In this document: positions 24,370 through 36,767 of the stretch, piece after piece
Position numbering within the stretch: position 1 is the stretch's first letter
How the letters are laid out: the number at the start of each line of letters is the position of its first letter
From: Moniliella sp. 'wahieum'
Lineage: Eukaryota
Reading direction: 5' to 3'
Assembly (NCBI GenBank): GCA_003971905.1
Contig: RSEE01000081.1
Location: forward strand, 62,001-126,000
Length of the DNA: 64,000 bases
Translations under genes and position numbers: made by a program
Notes under the pieces: generated by a model
Databases searched by the model: none
What the model saw: only the letters and a program-made list of their open reading frames with translations
What the model was told of the DNA's origin: nothing

Positions 24370-25053
24370 GCCTAACCAGCTTCGCAGCTTCACGATGCAA
24401 GCTTCAAGCTTCAAGCCTCATGGTTCACGGTTTAAGCTACCTTCAAGCTTCATGCATCATGCATCATGATTCAAATGCGAACCGCCTTGGCGCCTGGACA
24501 TCGGTGCCTGGACGACCCTGCCGCGCCCACACCATCGTTCTTTGACCTGGGCTTTACTTGTGTCTTGTCTTTTTCTTTGCTCATCCAACTGTCCGTCCTG
24601 TATCCATCTACCCCCTACCCCCAACCCCAACCCCCAACCCCCCAAAAGATGCACTGAGCATGTCCATCTGTATACTACCTACTACCTACTACCCCCCGAC
24701 CCCTGTCCACAGTCCCGTCCAGTCCAGTCGGGCGGGGACCGCAACCGCACGGCAACTACAACGGTAACAGCAACCGCAAGCATGCACGTTGCATCCGCCT
24801 ACTTCGACGGGGTGTGTGGTCGTAGAATGAACAGTCATTGGCGCCCATGCGAGCGTTATTGGACTTTTTGGGCGGGGTGATGAGGTGCGACAAAAGATGG
24901 GTAGTACGGCGCCAAAGCCCCCCCCCCCCCCCCCGAGGGGGCAAGCTAGAAAGGAGCGATCTCCAATGTAGAAAGCAAGATCGCATGGTACATGTCACAT
25001 GTCACATGTCACGCTCGTGCCTGGGCGCCCCGCACCTACTGAGGCCATGGGTC

Positions 25054-28000
25054 TTACTTTTCCTTAGCTCCTGAGCGCGGGACTGGCGCGCGCGGCCGCG
25101 GTGGCGGGCGGCGCGAGTAGCCTTCGTACGTGTACGTCTGGTAGAATTGTCCGGCCGAGGGGGAAGTGTAAGGCCAAGCCTGGGTCATGGGCGAGGGGGA
25201 GACAGAGACGCCCTGCCCAATGGTAGGGAGGGAAGTGACAGCTGGTTGCATCGGAGGCAAGGATGGCACAGCTTGTAACCCCTGTGGCAAGGTGGAAGTA
25301 GCATGCTGCATTCCTTGCATTCCTGCATTCCTTGCATTCCTTGCATCCCCGGGGAAGGGGAGGACCGCGTTGCAGTCCAGGCGAACGGAACCCTTGTTGA
25401 ACAAATGGCTGAGCAGGCGAAGCGACCGGGTACGAGTACGTCATACCCATCCCCATCCCACCCCGGGGGAAGCAGTAGCAACTGGGGCCACAGCCGACAC
25501 AGACACAGATACAGCAGGGTACCCTTCCCTCTTCCCGTACGACGGCACCATGTATCCCGGATTGAGCATGCCCTGGTAGAACGGAGGGTAATCCCAGCCC
25601 ATTTCCGACCCAACTCCCTAGTGGCATGAGGATGAGGATGAGGATGCGAATGGGCATGGGCATGGGGATGGGTTAGGGTATGGGTCGGAGGGGCCGAGTT
25701 CGAGTTCGAGCTCGAGTTCAGGTTCGAGTTCGAGTTCGAGTTCGAGTTGGGTCCCGACTCGCGGCGCGACTTGTCCCGTAGGGCACTTAGGCGCGCAGGT
25801 GGCATCTCAGTTTGCGCGCTGGAAGTCTCGTTGGTCCTGCTCTTGCTGGGGTCCTCCTGCACCGGCTCAACTTTCTCGGGCAGAGCCTTACTCTGTGCCC
25901 AGACCTGCTTGATCACCGAGGGCAGTTCCGTCGAGTCGGTGGGCGAACTTCCCACGGGATCAACAAGAGGAAAAGATCCCCAAGGATTGTCCATGTGTTT
26001 CGTCAGGGATTCCTACAGCAAATTTGTTGTTAGCTCTCGACCGGTTACCAAGACACACAAAGATGACAACGTACGGTTCCGGAATTGGTCCCCCCCGAGT
26101 GAGAGGTAGTAGGGAGAGGTAAGAGACTGTCTCCTGGTTTTAACGGGTGCGGAGCAGGGGGAAGCGCATGGCGCTGAGAACCGTCCCAGCGCTGAGCGGT
26201 CGGGGCACATGTGACGGCGACGCAGTATGCTCAGTCGACTGAGACGATTCCCCAGGTCAGTAAGAGGCGTAACCCTTCGCCAGGAAAGTGAGTCGACTCC
26301 AGTTCCCGACGACGACGTCGACTCTCCACCTGAAGTTGCCGGGGCCGTCGACGCGGTTACCGAGTGGGCCGGGGAGCCATCGCCGTCAGGCGTCTCCGCT
26401 TCGGATGCGTGAACGATGAGCACAGGTTCCTTCCCCGGAAGAGTGATGCGGGCGGAAGCTTCACCCTCACGGACATCAACATCAACCCACTCCTGGTCGG
26501 GAGGGGCACTAGCCACATCCAGCTGCCCTAGGAGGACAGCGCCCATTTCCGGTTCAGGAGGGTGAAGCAGCGGTGCGCTTCCCCTCTCTAGACGGCGGCG
26601 GGGGAGTTTGACAATTTTCAGGCCCCGGAGTGGGGGACAAGATTTTCCCTGCCCTGCATAGGCCAACAGGCCATACCATTGTGCTTGTCCGCTTGGGGAT
26701 CGGTTTGGGAACTGACTCGCTTGGGACGGTGGTTTAGCTTCGATGCCACTTGTTCCTCATCCTGGCAACTTGGGCGGGAGTAAGGGACCGTGCGGGCGAC
26801 GAGGGGAGACGGACAGTAAAGCGGTTCCAGACGGGTTTCCCATCCATCGGTACTTCAAGGGCGGTGACGAATGCCCAGATCGGGCGGGGCGGGATGAACA
26901 TGCGTGTGGGTTTGACGTGGCATCGCGTAGTGGGTGCGCTCATTGCCGTAGCGCGTGTGTTGCAGGTTCGGGAAACAACAGACGTTCGCCGCGAGGGTAG
27001 AGAGACCGTAGGCTGAATACCACGGCTCTGTTGCAACGAGAAGGAAGCGGGGGCAAGCGGTTGCTCCTTAGGATGCACTTGGGGCGCTGCAACACTGTGT
27101 AGCGCAGTGTCCTCTCCGGGGCAGACTGCGCCCTTCGCGCAATCTCAAGCTCCTTCCGGAGCCGATCCCGCTCAGCACGTAGTAGGGCGAGCTGAACGGA
27201 TTGGTCCTCTTCCTCCGGGGGGCAACCTCCGCACGTACCGCCGTCTCAATCTCAGCTTTAAACCTGTCCAGATCTGGACCACGTCTTCTCCGCCGCCCAT
27301 CATCGTCTCCCGTAGCCACCGGGCCTCGGGGTTGGATCGGTTTCGAAGGAGGAATGCCTTTTCACGGAGCTCTCGCGCCAACGCTCAGCACGCTCAGCAC
27401 GCTCAGCACGGGAGCCGGGGCCGCCTTCGTTTCCCTCACCTCCTTCGCGCGAACCTCCGCTTCCCTCTCCTCTTTCGCACGAGCTTCCTCTTCCTTGGCC
27501 TCTTTCGCACGAGCTTCCTCTTCCTTGGCCTCTTTCGCCCTTACCTCCGCTTCCTTTGCCTCTTCGCCCTCGCCTCGCCTCCGCTTGCGCTTGCCTCTCC
27601 TCCTTGGCCCTTGCCTCCGCTTCCTTTTCTCTGCGCTCGCTGCAAGTTTCTCGCCCAAGGCCACAGCGCGTGCACGAGCTCGAGCCGCCTCCAGCTCCCG
27701 CCTCTTCTCCTCCTCTGCTCGCCGTTGACGCGCGCGCTCAATCGGGGTCAACGTGCTGGCACTGGTACGGTCTGCTTCCACTTGCGCGGAAGCAGCGACA
27801 GCGGTGCGCACAGTTGGTTCGCCGGATACAGCAGGTGCAGGTGCAGGTGCAGGCGCAGGCGCAGGTGCAGGAGTCGGAGCAGGAACAGAAGCGGACTTGT
27901 GACTGCAAGAGTGGAGCGGGAGCGGGAGCCGGGGCGGGAACGGGTGGTGGTGGTGGTGTGGGAGACGGGCTGAACCGGACGTGGAGACGGTACCGGCAAC

Positions 28001-28284
28001 GGAAGCGGCGGCGGGAGACACCGCCTGATTGGTTGGCTTCGCTGGCGGGCTGAGTTTGGGTTGGAGTTTGGGTTCGAGTCCCGTCTGGGAAGGGGAGGCA
28101 GAAGTGGAAGTGGAAGTAGAGGCAGAGGCAGAGGCAGGGTGCCTGCCGTGCGGAGAGGGCGTAAGAGATGGGACATCTTGCCGCCCTTGGAGACTGCGTT
28201 TGACGCCACCCCAAGGCGGCGGCCTAGTTTCCACGGGGGGCTGGATGCGCGTGGAAGGTGCAGGGATAGGCGAAGGTGCAGTTA

Positions 28285-28351
<67 letters not shown>

Positions 28352-29464
28352 AGTCGCAGGGGTTGGCGCTTCCTTTGTGACGGGAGCTAGGGGCAGGGCC
28401 GGGGCGGAAAACCGGAGCCGGAACTGGAACCGGAACCGAAACTGGAGCCGGGGCAGGTTTGGCATCTCCATTGGGCGCAGGTTTGTCCACCTTATGTTCG
28501 ACTGGTCCTTGTGGTTTAGCGAGTGAAGCGTGCCGTTGGGCCAACGGTCCCATCCCCTGACAGCCGTCTGGATCTTTTCCTGGACCACAGGATCCAGGGG
28601 GGGGTGGTGGTGGTGGTGGTCCATCGGAGTGTGGCTCTGGCCCGGGAACCGAGGCAGAGGCTCACCGTCAAAGTCCGTCACGCTTTTCTGGCCCACACGG
28701 AGGTTGGGACGGTGCTTGAGGTCGGGATGGTGAGGGTGGGGGTGAGGGTGAGGATGAGGGTGAGCAGTATGCGTCGGCGGCGGAGGCTGAGTGTGAGGCA
28801 AAGGGGAAGAGGAGGAGAGGAGGAGGAGGTTGAGGATGATACATTGTGTATGTGATGCCATCCGTAAATGGCATCTCACCTAGAATGTCATCGTCGTCCA
28901 ACTCGTCCCAGGCGGGGCCTAAAGGTTCAGGCGCAAGATGGCGGACGGGATGGGATCCTAATGCGCTCTGGCTGCGTGAGGGAGACTTGTTCTGCCCATG
29001 AGGGTGGGAGGGATGGGTATGGGGATGAGGCTGGACCTGAGCTTGAGCTTGGGCTTGAGCCTGAGCCTGTACTTGCGCCCGCGCTTCCGCGGCAGTGGGG
29101 AAAGCCGAGGGGGCAAAGGCGGGTGCGGAGCGCGGCAGAGGCCCCGGGGCCAGGCGAGTAGGACCGTTGCCAGCTCCAGCTGAAGCATCAGTAGAAGAAG
29201 CGGGGGTAGCAGCTGACTTGGTCCAGGGCGCCGGCTTGCCCGGACCTGAAGACGCGCGGTCGAGCCAAGCGAGGGAGACGCCTGGCCCGACAGACCACGG
29301 GCGACGCAGCGCCCCAGCGCGGGACGGGCTTGGTGGAGGTGGCGAGGCGCGGGCGGGTGGTGTGGTGCCAAGGCGTGCGGGCGGGTGCAGGGCGGAGGGC
29401 GCGGCGGGCGGGCTGCGTGCGAGCGGAGGCGAGGGCACGGCGGGGGCGAGCGGGGGCGAGGCAT
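25054..29464 (-). CDS. Large low-complexity protein, PRRC2/BAT2-like (fragmented by indels)
   Basis: 'WDELDDDDILGEMPFTDG' and coiled coil 'IERARQRRAEEEKRRELEAARARA' resemble the PRRC2/BAT2 conserved motifs. Continuous minus-strand ORF chain including 'KPVWNRFTVRLP'. Confidence 0.5.
27452..27560 (-). repeat. 30-nt coding repeat ('AKEAKEEEAR')
   Basis: gagcttcctcttccttggcctctttcgc repeated, with degenerate flanking copies. Confidence 0.8.
28281..28352 (-). repeat. (GTTGCT)n microsatellite, poly(Ala-Thr) on the minus strand
   Basis: About 11-12 hexamer copies. Confidence 0.9.
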
Positions 29465-29841
29465 GGTCGGCTGAGGCGGCCTTTTGGCGGAACTGGCGCG
29501 TGATGCTGGCGGAGCTGAAGAGGCGTGGCTTGGCCGCGGGGGCCGTGGCGGTGGCGGTGGCGCTGGAGGAGGCGCTCGCGGGGCATTCGCGGTGGCGGTG
29601 CGTGGCTGTGGTGCTGCCGCTGAGAAGCTCGAGCGCTGGGCCATCAAAGGCGGTGGGGATGCGGACCAGCTGGGAGGCGCCCGGCGGAGGCGAAGCTTGG
29701 GCGTCGATGCGCCTCGCCCCGCCCCATTCCGCCCGTTCCGCCTGCTGCGCTGGTAACCCTCACTCAGGCCTAACACCCCCTGGACGCACCAGCCAGCCTG
29801 CCCGATGGGAACAGCTCCACCACCACCACCACTTTCCCCCC

Positions 29842-30962
29842 ATGGCTGCGCCACAGGTCCTGCTCCATGCGCTGCCCGTGCTCCAGATCGGCGAGCACGC
29901 CACCCGCGTCGCTGCCGCTGCCCAGAGTGCCGCCCAGCCCGCCCCGCCCGTCGTCGGCGCTCTCTTGGGCACCACCCCCAGCGACGTGCACATCGAGGTG
30001 CACATGGCTCTGGAACTGGCCCTGTCCCAAGGCAAACTGCCCGTCGGTCTGCTCACCGACCGCCTGACTCAGGCCCAAGCTGTCTACCCAGCCCTGAAGC
30101 AGGTGGGCTGGTATGCCTCGGTGGGAAGCACCAGCACGCCCGGCGCAAGCACAAGCGCAAGCGCAAGCCCAAGCGCAAGCCCAAGCGCGGAAGAGCAAGT
30201 GCTCCTGGCCGGTGGGGAGGAAGGTATCTTGGTCCGTTTTGGTGTTGATCCCAGTGGTAGCCAAGACTTGCCATTGGACGTCTATGCGCTGCCTTCGCTC
30301 GTGCGCTTGCCCAAGGAGAACGTGGCGATTGTAGCTGCTGGCGCCGAACGAATCGCAGTGGATGGAGCGGCCCACGCTCGGCCCCCACCGCCACCCACAG
30401 TTCCCGGTGAGTTGCCCCAGATCGAATCTGATGCACCGGATGACCACCTCCTAGCCCGGTTGGATGCCTCTCACACGGCTCTGGACCAATTGGGACAACG
30501 TGTCGAGGCCTTGGCGGGTACGTTGCACGTCTTGCCTCTCTCTCTGTCCCTCAGCCTCAGCCTCTCCCTCTCCCTGGCGCAAGCACCTCGGACGTACCGC
30601 AGCCCCTGGCACAAGTGTACCCCGACCTACCCCACCACCTCCTTCGTTCCCTCGCCACTGTTGCCGCCGTGCTCCCGGATCCTGTTCCGGACGAGGAGAT
30701 GCGTTCTCCCCCCCCCTCGGGCGCGGAGGCGGCCCCAGACCAGCCCCAAGACTGGCTCGCTCCAGCAGCGTTGCAATCCGAGTTGCAAGCCGAAGAGGCG
30801 GATGTGTTACTAGCCACCCAGCTGGCTCAGCTCACCCAAGGTTGGGCCGAACTCAACGAATTGGTGGGCAAGTTTGAGTTTGCTCGCCAAACTGAACCTG
30901 CGGCGTTGCAGCATGCCCCCCCCGACCCCCCTTCCCACCTCTCCCAGTCGGCACTGGCGTAG
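29842..30962 (+). CDS. CSN6: COP9 signalosome subunit 6 (inactive MPN domain)
   Basis: 'VLLHALPVLQIGEHATR...VVGALLG...IEVHMALEL...RLTQAQAVYPALKQVGWY', 'AERIAVD', and C-terminal 'DVLLATQLAQLTQG...LNELVGKF'. Confidence 0.85.
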
Positions 30963-31165
30963 ATCCAGCCTAGCAATAGCATGGCGGGCGGTTTGCCAGT
31001 CTCGTGTTCGTATCTCGTGTCCCTTGTTCTTCTGTATCTGGTCTCTGGTCTCCGTCTCTGGTCTCGGGTCTCTGGCCTCGGGTCTCTGGTCTCGGTCTCT
31101 ATCTTCTACTAGACCCGGGACATGGATAGATTCCAATGCTCATAGATCAGAGACCATCGATGAGG

Positions 31166-32817
31166 TTAGAGCTTGGTCTGGGACTCGAGTGCCGTGCGTA
31201 GCGGCTCGAGCATACGCGCCACACGTTCAGCCCTTGCGTTCGCAGCAAACTCAGTGAACCACGTCATGTCCTCCACGACAGATCCCAGTGCCTCGACCAC
31301 CCAGAGCGAAGGTAAATCCACCAACTTCATCCGCACACTGCGCGGAGCCAAGGCCAGGTGCACCCCGCCCACCCCATTGAGGTCAACTTGCACCCGACAC
31401 CAAGTGGAAGAGAGGCATGGTATCGTATGTACGCTTCAATCGCAGGTAGAAGCGCTACCTCTCCTGCTACCCCTACCTCTATCCCCTTGGGCGGCGGGAG
31501 CAGCGCGTCCGCCACCACCCAGGGCACCATCAGGCTGATGCTGGACAGGTCGGGGCTAGGGGACGGCGTAGCGGAAGGGAGAGCGTATGTGAGACTCAAG
31601 GGTCCTGGGTCGAGGGGAGAGCGGTGTCGAGGTGAGAGGAGAGGGTGTGGGATTCAGTTCTTGTTAGTGAGACGGCGCGTTCGGTCAATTGGGCCAACAA
31701 GTCAACAGACGAAGATAGCCCTCCACCGGCGGAAGAAACGGCCGTATCAAACTTGGCTACCAACCAGGCGATCGTTTGGTCCACAGCTGCCTTACCCACC
31801 GCCCCAGCGGCAGCAGGTGAACTCGTCAAGAGTACAGGGTAAAGAAGTGTGCGGGAACCGACGTGTGCCCGCTCGGAACCCAACGACGACGGGAGGAAAA
31901 TCAAGTGACACAGTAACGGACTACCGCCTTCAGCGGGTGGAGTCAGTTCAATCTCCATTGCCCACGCTTGAGACGGGAGCAGAACCGGGGTACTGAGACC
32001 CAGAGCGCCTACCCAAGCCATTCTGACAGAGGAAACGACCGCATTGGGATTCGGTGGTACCATGCGGCGTTTCTTGCTGCTGCGCTGAGGTGAGGCCCTG
32101 GAAGAAGGCGCGCGTTCACGGTCACGTTCGCCTTCACGTTCGCCTTCACGTTCGCCTTCACGTTCGCCTTCACGTTCGCCCTCCGTGTCCCCCACTGCTC
32201 CCACTTGTTCTCTCAGCCCATCCGCATCGGCCAGGCGGAGGTTGAGGTACTGCTCCACTTCAGTTGCGAGCGTGGCAAACGCATGGCCACCCAACGTCTC
32301 GTCCCCTCCCTGAGCGGGAGGCGGGTGGAGCGGAGCGACACTGTACACGTGCATTGTGCGATTGAAAAAGAGTCCTAGTTCCCGCCACCCCCCATGCTTG
32401 GGTCAGTATCGCTCCTACATACGAACGCACGAACGCACGAGTGCACGTGTGCACGCCCGACCCAATCTAGAAAAGACACATACGGCGAATCGAGTACCAC
32501 GCTTCTGCCTCTTGGTCCGCGGGAGTCGGGTCGGCCTGGACAGTACGCAAGAGATGGCGTTGAGCTTGTCGCTCGGCGCGTTCCTTGGCTGCGTCCGAAG
32601 GCTCGACGGGAAGCTCTGACTGCGGCTGAGGCTGTTCGGTGGGCTGGACGGGCGCTGAGATGGGCACGGGAGGAGGAGGGTGTCGCGGCGATCTTCGTAA
32701 GGGCACAGCAGAGTCGGTAGCTTCTGCACTTGCTCTGCCCCCGCTTCCACTTCCACTTCCTCTCCCCCTTCCTCTTCCTCTTCCTCGCCCGCGACGAGGA
32801 CTGGCACGTGTGGACAT
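31166..32817 (-). CDS. CENPL: Kinetochore CCAN subunit CENP-L (Fta1/Iml3 family); intron 32375-32483
   Basis: Spliced 'LFFNRTMHVYSVAPLH' matches the CENP-L 'WxLYxLxPLY' block. 'YPVLLTS...TIAWLVAKFDT' matches 'LPLxL....IxxWFQxxFD'. C-terminal 'IEAYIRYHASLPL...RMKL'. Confidence 0.75.
32123..32181 (-). repeat. 12-nt repeat (CACGTTCGCCTT)x~5, encoding (EREG)n
   Basis: Directly visible. Confidence 0.85.
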
Positions 32818-35688
32818 GGTGGGTTGGTTGAGCTAGGCAAGGCGCGAGGCGGCCAACGCGTGCCGCCCAATGCGCATGGCCGCCGCAATTTCACACCGCA
32901 AGCGCTACGCTCCACCGACGCGTCGCGTCCGTTTCAAAGTTTTCTTTCTGTAGGAGGATCGATTAGGTAACAGAGTGGAGAGCGTTGAAATGTTTTCACC
33001 TTTGGACTGGAAGGATGGCATTGTGCATCACGCATCGTGTATCATGCATTGTGTATCGTGTCCCACCAGTCACTGTGATCTGATAGCATCACACACTACA
33101 TCACATGTGACAGTAGCGGAGTTGGTGGGTGTTCGGCATGCGGATGCGAATTGGACCCAGCGCCCACCAGCCAACCCAGCCGCACCTTCTTCTTGTCGCC
33201 CTGCTCCCACGTCCCATTTTCCACTCGAGTGTACCACTTACTCAGTATTCAGTCTGAGTACGAACTCAGTTACTCACGGTACTCACCACAACTCAGTGCA
33301 CTACGCTCTCCCAATCGGAATCCACTCCCAGTCCAAACCCACGACGGCCAAATGCATTGAGAGGCGGTTCGGAATGGGGCGGTCCATCGGTATCTTCTCT
33401 TCTGTATCATCGATCATCAGGGGTCGTCATCGTTCATCAGGCGTCACTGGTCACCGCTCGCCGTCCTAAACGTCTAAATCTAAACCCTCATCCACGTCTT
33501 TTCCTTTGTGGGCCTTCTATAGAAATGGACGTGTTCTAGGAGAAGGCTTGTTCCCACACGCTCGATCCATTGGGCCGCGTGCGGCATTTAATTTGGCCCC
33601 GTTGGATTACTGGGTCCATGCCAAACGCCAACGGTTGGTTGCTGGTGCATGGTGGTACCTTCCAGCCAAAACAGAGCGGTGTGGATGTGGTCGTAATCTG
33701 GTAGCACAGTATAGTAAAACGTTTGATCTCGCTCCAATTTCCAATTTCTTCGTCTCGAGCGTCTCGCTTCTTCCCTGTTTCTTCCACTTCGCACCAGGTC
33801 CTCTGTTCTTGCTTCTTCCCCACGAACGATTGCTACGCCCCTTGGCCGCGCCTACTTCCCGATTCTGGTCTCCCTTGCCTTAGCCCTGACTGTGACAGCT
33901 TCCAGTGGCCTTTTGCCCGACCTGCCACTTGTTCGTAGCGTGCCAGCAGTTGGTTCCGCTTAGTCCTTAGGGCGCTTAGGGCTCAGGGAGGCCCGTTCGG
34001 TGCTCAGTGCTTCACACCGTTGCAAACTCGACTGGGACTAAGATGAGAGGATACGATGCTAGGATGCTGAGAAACGGGATGAATATACCGATGAATAGTT
34101 AACCGTTAACCGTTAACAGCCAAACTACGGCAACATCTAAGATCTGATATCTCAGATCTGGCGTTAAACGTTGAACCTGTTGAACGTTGAGAACGTAAAA
34201 CGGTGTGCAAGAAGGGGGGGGAGAGAGAGTGGCGGGGAAGAAGGGAGTCGGACGGGGAAAGAAGATCCGTCTGGAGGTGTGGGGATAGTTCAAAAACGGA
34301 AAAAGGGACAAAAAGGGGAACCCTTGGAAACGGAACAGAAGGCCCGCGCGACGTGTTCTTTTTGCACACTCAGAGTACTCAGTTACTCGGTGCACCATAT
34401 ACTTTCGTGCGAGGCGTGCGAGTGTGCACAAGAGCCTCTGTATATGCACGTGGGACGCCCTGTCCAGTTTGCGCTCCAAAGGGGCCCAAGGAATGTTTGG
34501 GGTAGTTTCAAGAAGGGTAAAGGTGCCAGTGTTTCTACTGTGAGAGGATAGCTGTCCCCCACTGATGTGTGCAAAAGGTCTAAGCACATTGTCTCGACTC
34601 GCCCACAAAAAAAGCAAGTATATCAGAGAGGCCCTCTCTTTCCAGATCCGGCACCTAACGAGAGGGTGTGTGGGGGACACGAGGGGCTCAGGAATATACG
34701 GCTGGCAGAAGACGGGCCAGGACACGCCAAGACGATGCCACGCAACCATGCCGTACCAAGGTGAATTCGACAGGGCACTCGTCTGGACTGGGGGGTATTG
34801 GTGGGTGTACCGAGTGCGATCGTATGTACGGCCATCCGTGTGATGTGACAAACGACAGTGGTGGTGGGCTGGTGACATGGGTGGGCTTGGGTGGCATGTG
34901 CGTGTGAGGGTGCTGGCGGTGGATGATGGATGGGTGCAGCGGGGCAGTGGATCTGCGATGCAATCGTGACGCGTGATGCGTGAAGGCTGATGCTGATAGG
35001 GACGCTTGAACAGTTGAACAGTGGTGCGAGCCGAAGGCAGAGCCGAGTGCGCAAGCCCCGCGCATGGGTGGGCCACGGGGCGAGTATGCGTCGCGGCCTG
35101 GCGCGGGACGAGTGGCGGGGGCCGAGTGCATCGCGAAAGTCAGCAGGGCGCATGGGCAGGCGAGGGCGCAGGTAACTAGTAACTAGCCACTGCTGCCCAC
35201 GGTGGCCTCCAGCCACCCGCCCATTAGCGCGCACCCGCACTAGCCTGCTCTTGCTTAGCAAGCACCCATGCGCTTGTGCGTGCCCAAGCGCATGGGCAGC
35301 ACGCCGTGCTTGAATGCTGCCCGGGTGGTTGTTGCTCCTCTTCTTCTCTCCCACACCACCACCGCCCAGCCCTTGCTCCCCGCCCCCGTCCTCCTCCCCT
35401 CCCCGTTTTTTTCCCCCCTGCGCCCTTTCGCGCCCCCCCTCCCCCCCGCACCAGTCCGTTGTGCCTCCCCTCCCCCTCCCATGCCCATGCCCTAAGGCCT
35501 GCCTGCCCTTCTCTGCCGTCCCGTCGCATCTGCATCCGCATCCCTCCCGCCTCCTTCGCATCCATCTCCCTCATTCTCTCTTCTCTGGTCGTCGTTCCTC
35601 TTCTCGTCTTCATCTTCCGTCCCCCCTCTTCTCGTCTTCATCTTCCGTCCCCCCTCTTGTCCTCCACCGCATCCGTGCCCATCCGCAC

Positions 35689-36473
35689 CATGGCCCTGCA
35701 CCCACGAGAGCCTCTTCGCTCCCCCGCCCACGCCCATCTCTCCCCCGCCTCCTCCTTCCCTCTCTGCCACCCTGCGCCCAGCCCAGCCCAGGACACCCAC
35801 CTCGCTTCTTCCGCCCGCATGGTCCGCACGTACGTACGCCCCAACCGGCTCCGACCTGTCCCTCCTCCTCGGCTGACCCCATCCTGACTCCCCCTCCCCA
35901 TCCTACAGCTTCTCCATCCCTGTCGCCACCCACGCCGAGCACACTGAGCAAACCGCTTCCCGCACCTGGCGCCCCACAGCCACCTTCCACCCCCGCTGTG
36001 CCTCGGGCCTGCCAGCCCTAGGCCCAGGCCCGGTCCCGGGCCCCGACGAAACACAGGAAATCCTGCTGGGCATAGGTCTGGGCCTGGGCAGCAAACCCGT
36101 CTGGCCTACTGGCACAGCACCCTTTTCCCTCCGCTCTCTTCGCTCTCCCTCCTCTCGCTCTCCTCCCTCTCGCTCTGGCAAGGTTGCCGCCACCGACGAC
36201 GCCCTTTGCGAAGGACTGGACGATGGAGATAAGGAGAACCGCCAGGTCCCTGCGTGGTGGAACTACGGTCGCACCGACTGAGACTGAGACTGGGTCCGGG
36301 ACTGGGATCGGGACTGACAGCATGCCAGCCCTGACCTCGGGAAGCTTGACCCCCCCGCGTCCGAGTCCACGTCCAGCTTGCCCACACCTACTTTTCCTAC
36401 TGCGCCGTTCCCCTTGTTGGGCCACCGGACGTTCCCCAAGGACGTCCCGGAACCCGAGGGGTACTTTGTCTAG
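35689..36473 (+). CDS. Hypothetical small Pro-rich protein with a probable intron (~35830-35908)
   Basis: CT-rich leader, ATG at 35689, a GTACGT...CTGAC...CTACAG intron, and an open frame containing 'DKENRQVP'. The end requires indel correction. Confidence 0.35.
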
Positions 36474-36767
36474 TCGATTCCCGTTTCTTCTCTCTTCCCT
36501 TCCCCCCTCCCCTTGTCCCTCTCCCACTCCCTCTCCCTCTCCCTCTTTGCATTCCATCTCCCGTCGTCCGTGTCGAAAAAAAAAGCAACAAGATAAGCCA
36601 CTGTTCTCGTATCTGCTCATCATACTCATTTGCCTCTCGCGCCTCGCAAGCGGGGTTGTATAGATAGCGGAGGGATGGTGCCAAGTACCAACAAAGTATT
36701 GGCTTCGTGGCCTGATGCATGTGACAGCTCCATGAGCAAGGGGGGGTACAGGGGGAGAGGTTACCGG

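Noticed and set aside
32975..35100. ORFs in the 33-35 kb interval
   Set aside because: No recognisable domains; the region looks intergenic and contains palindrome arrays.
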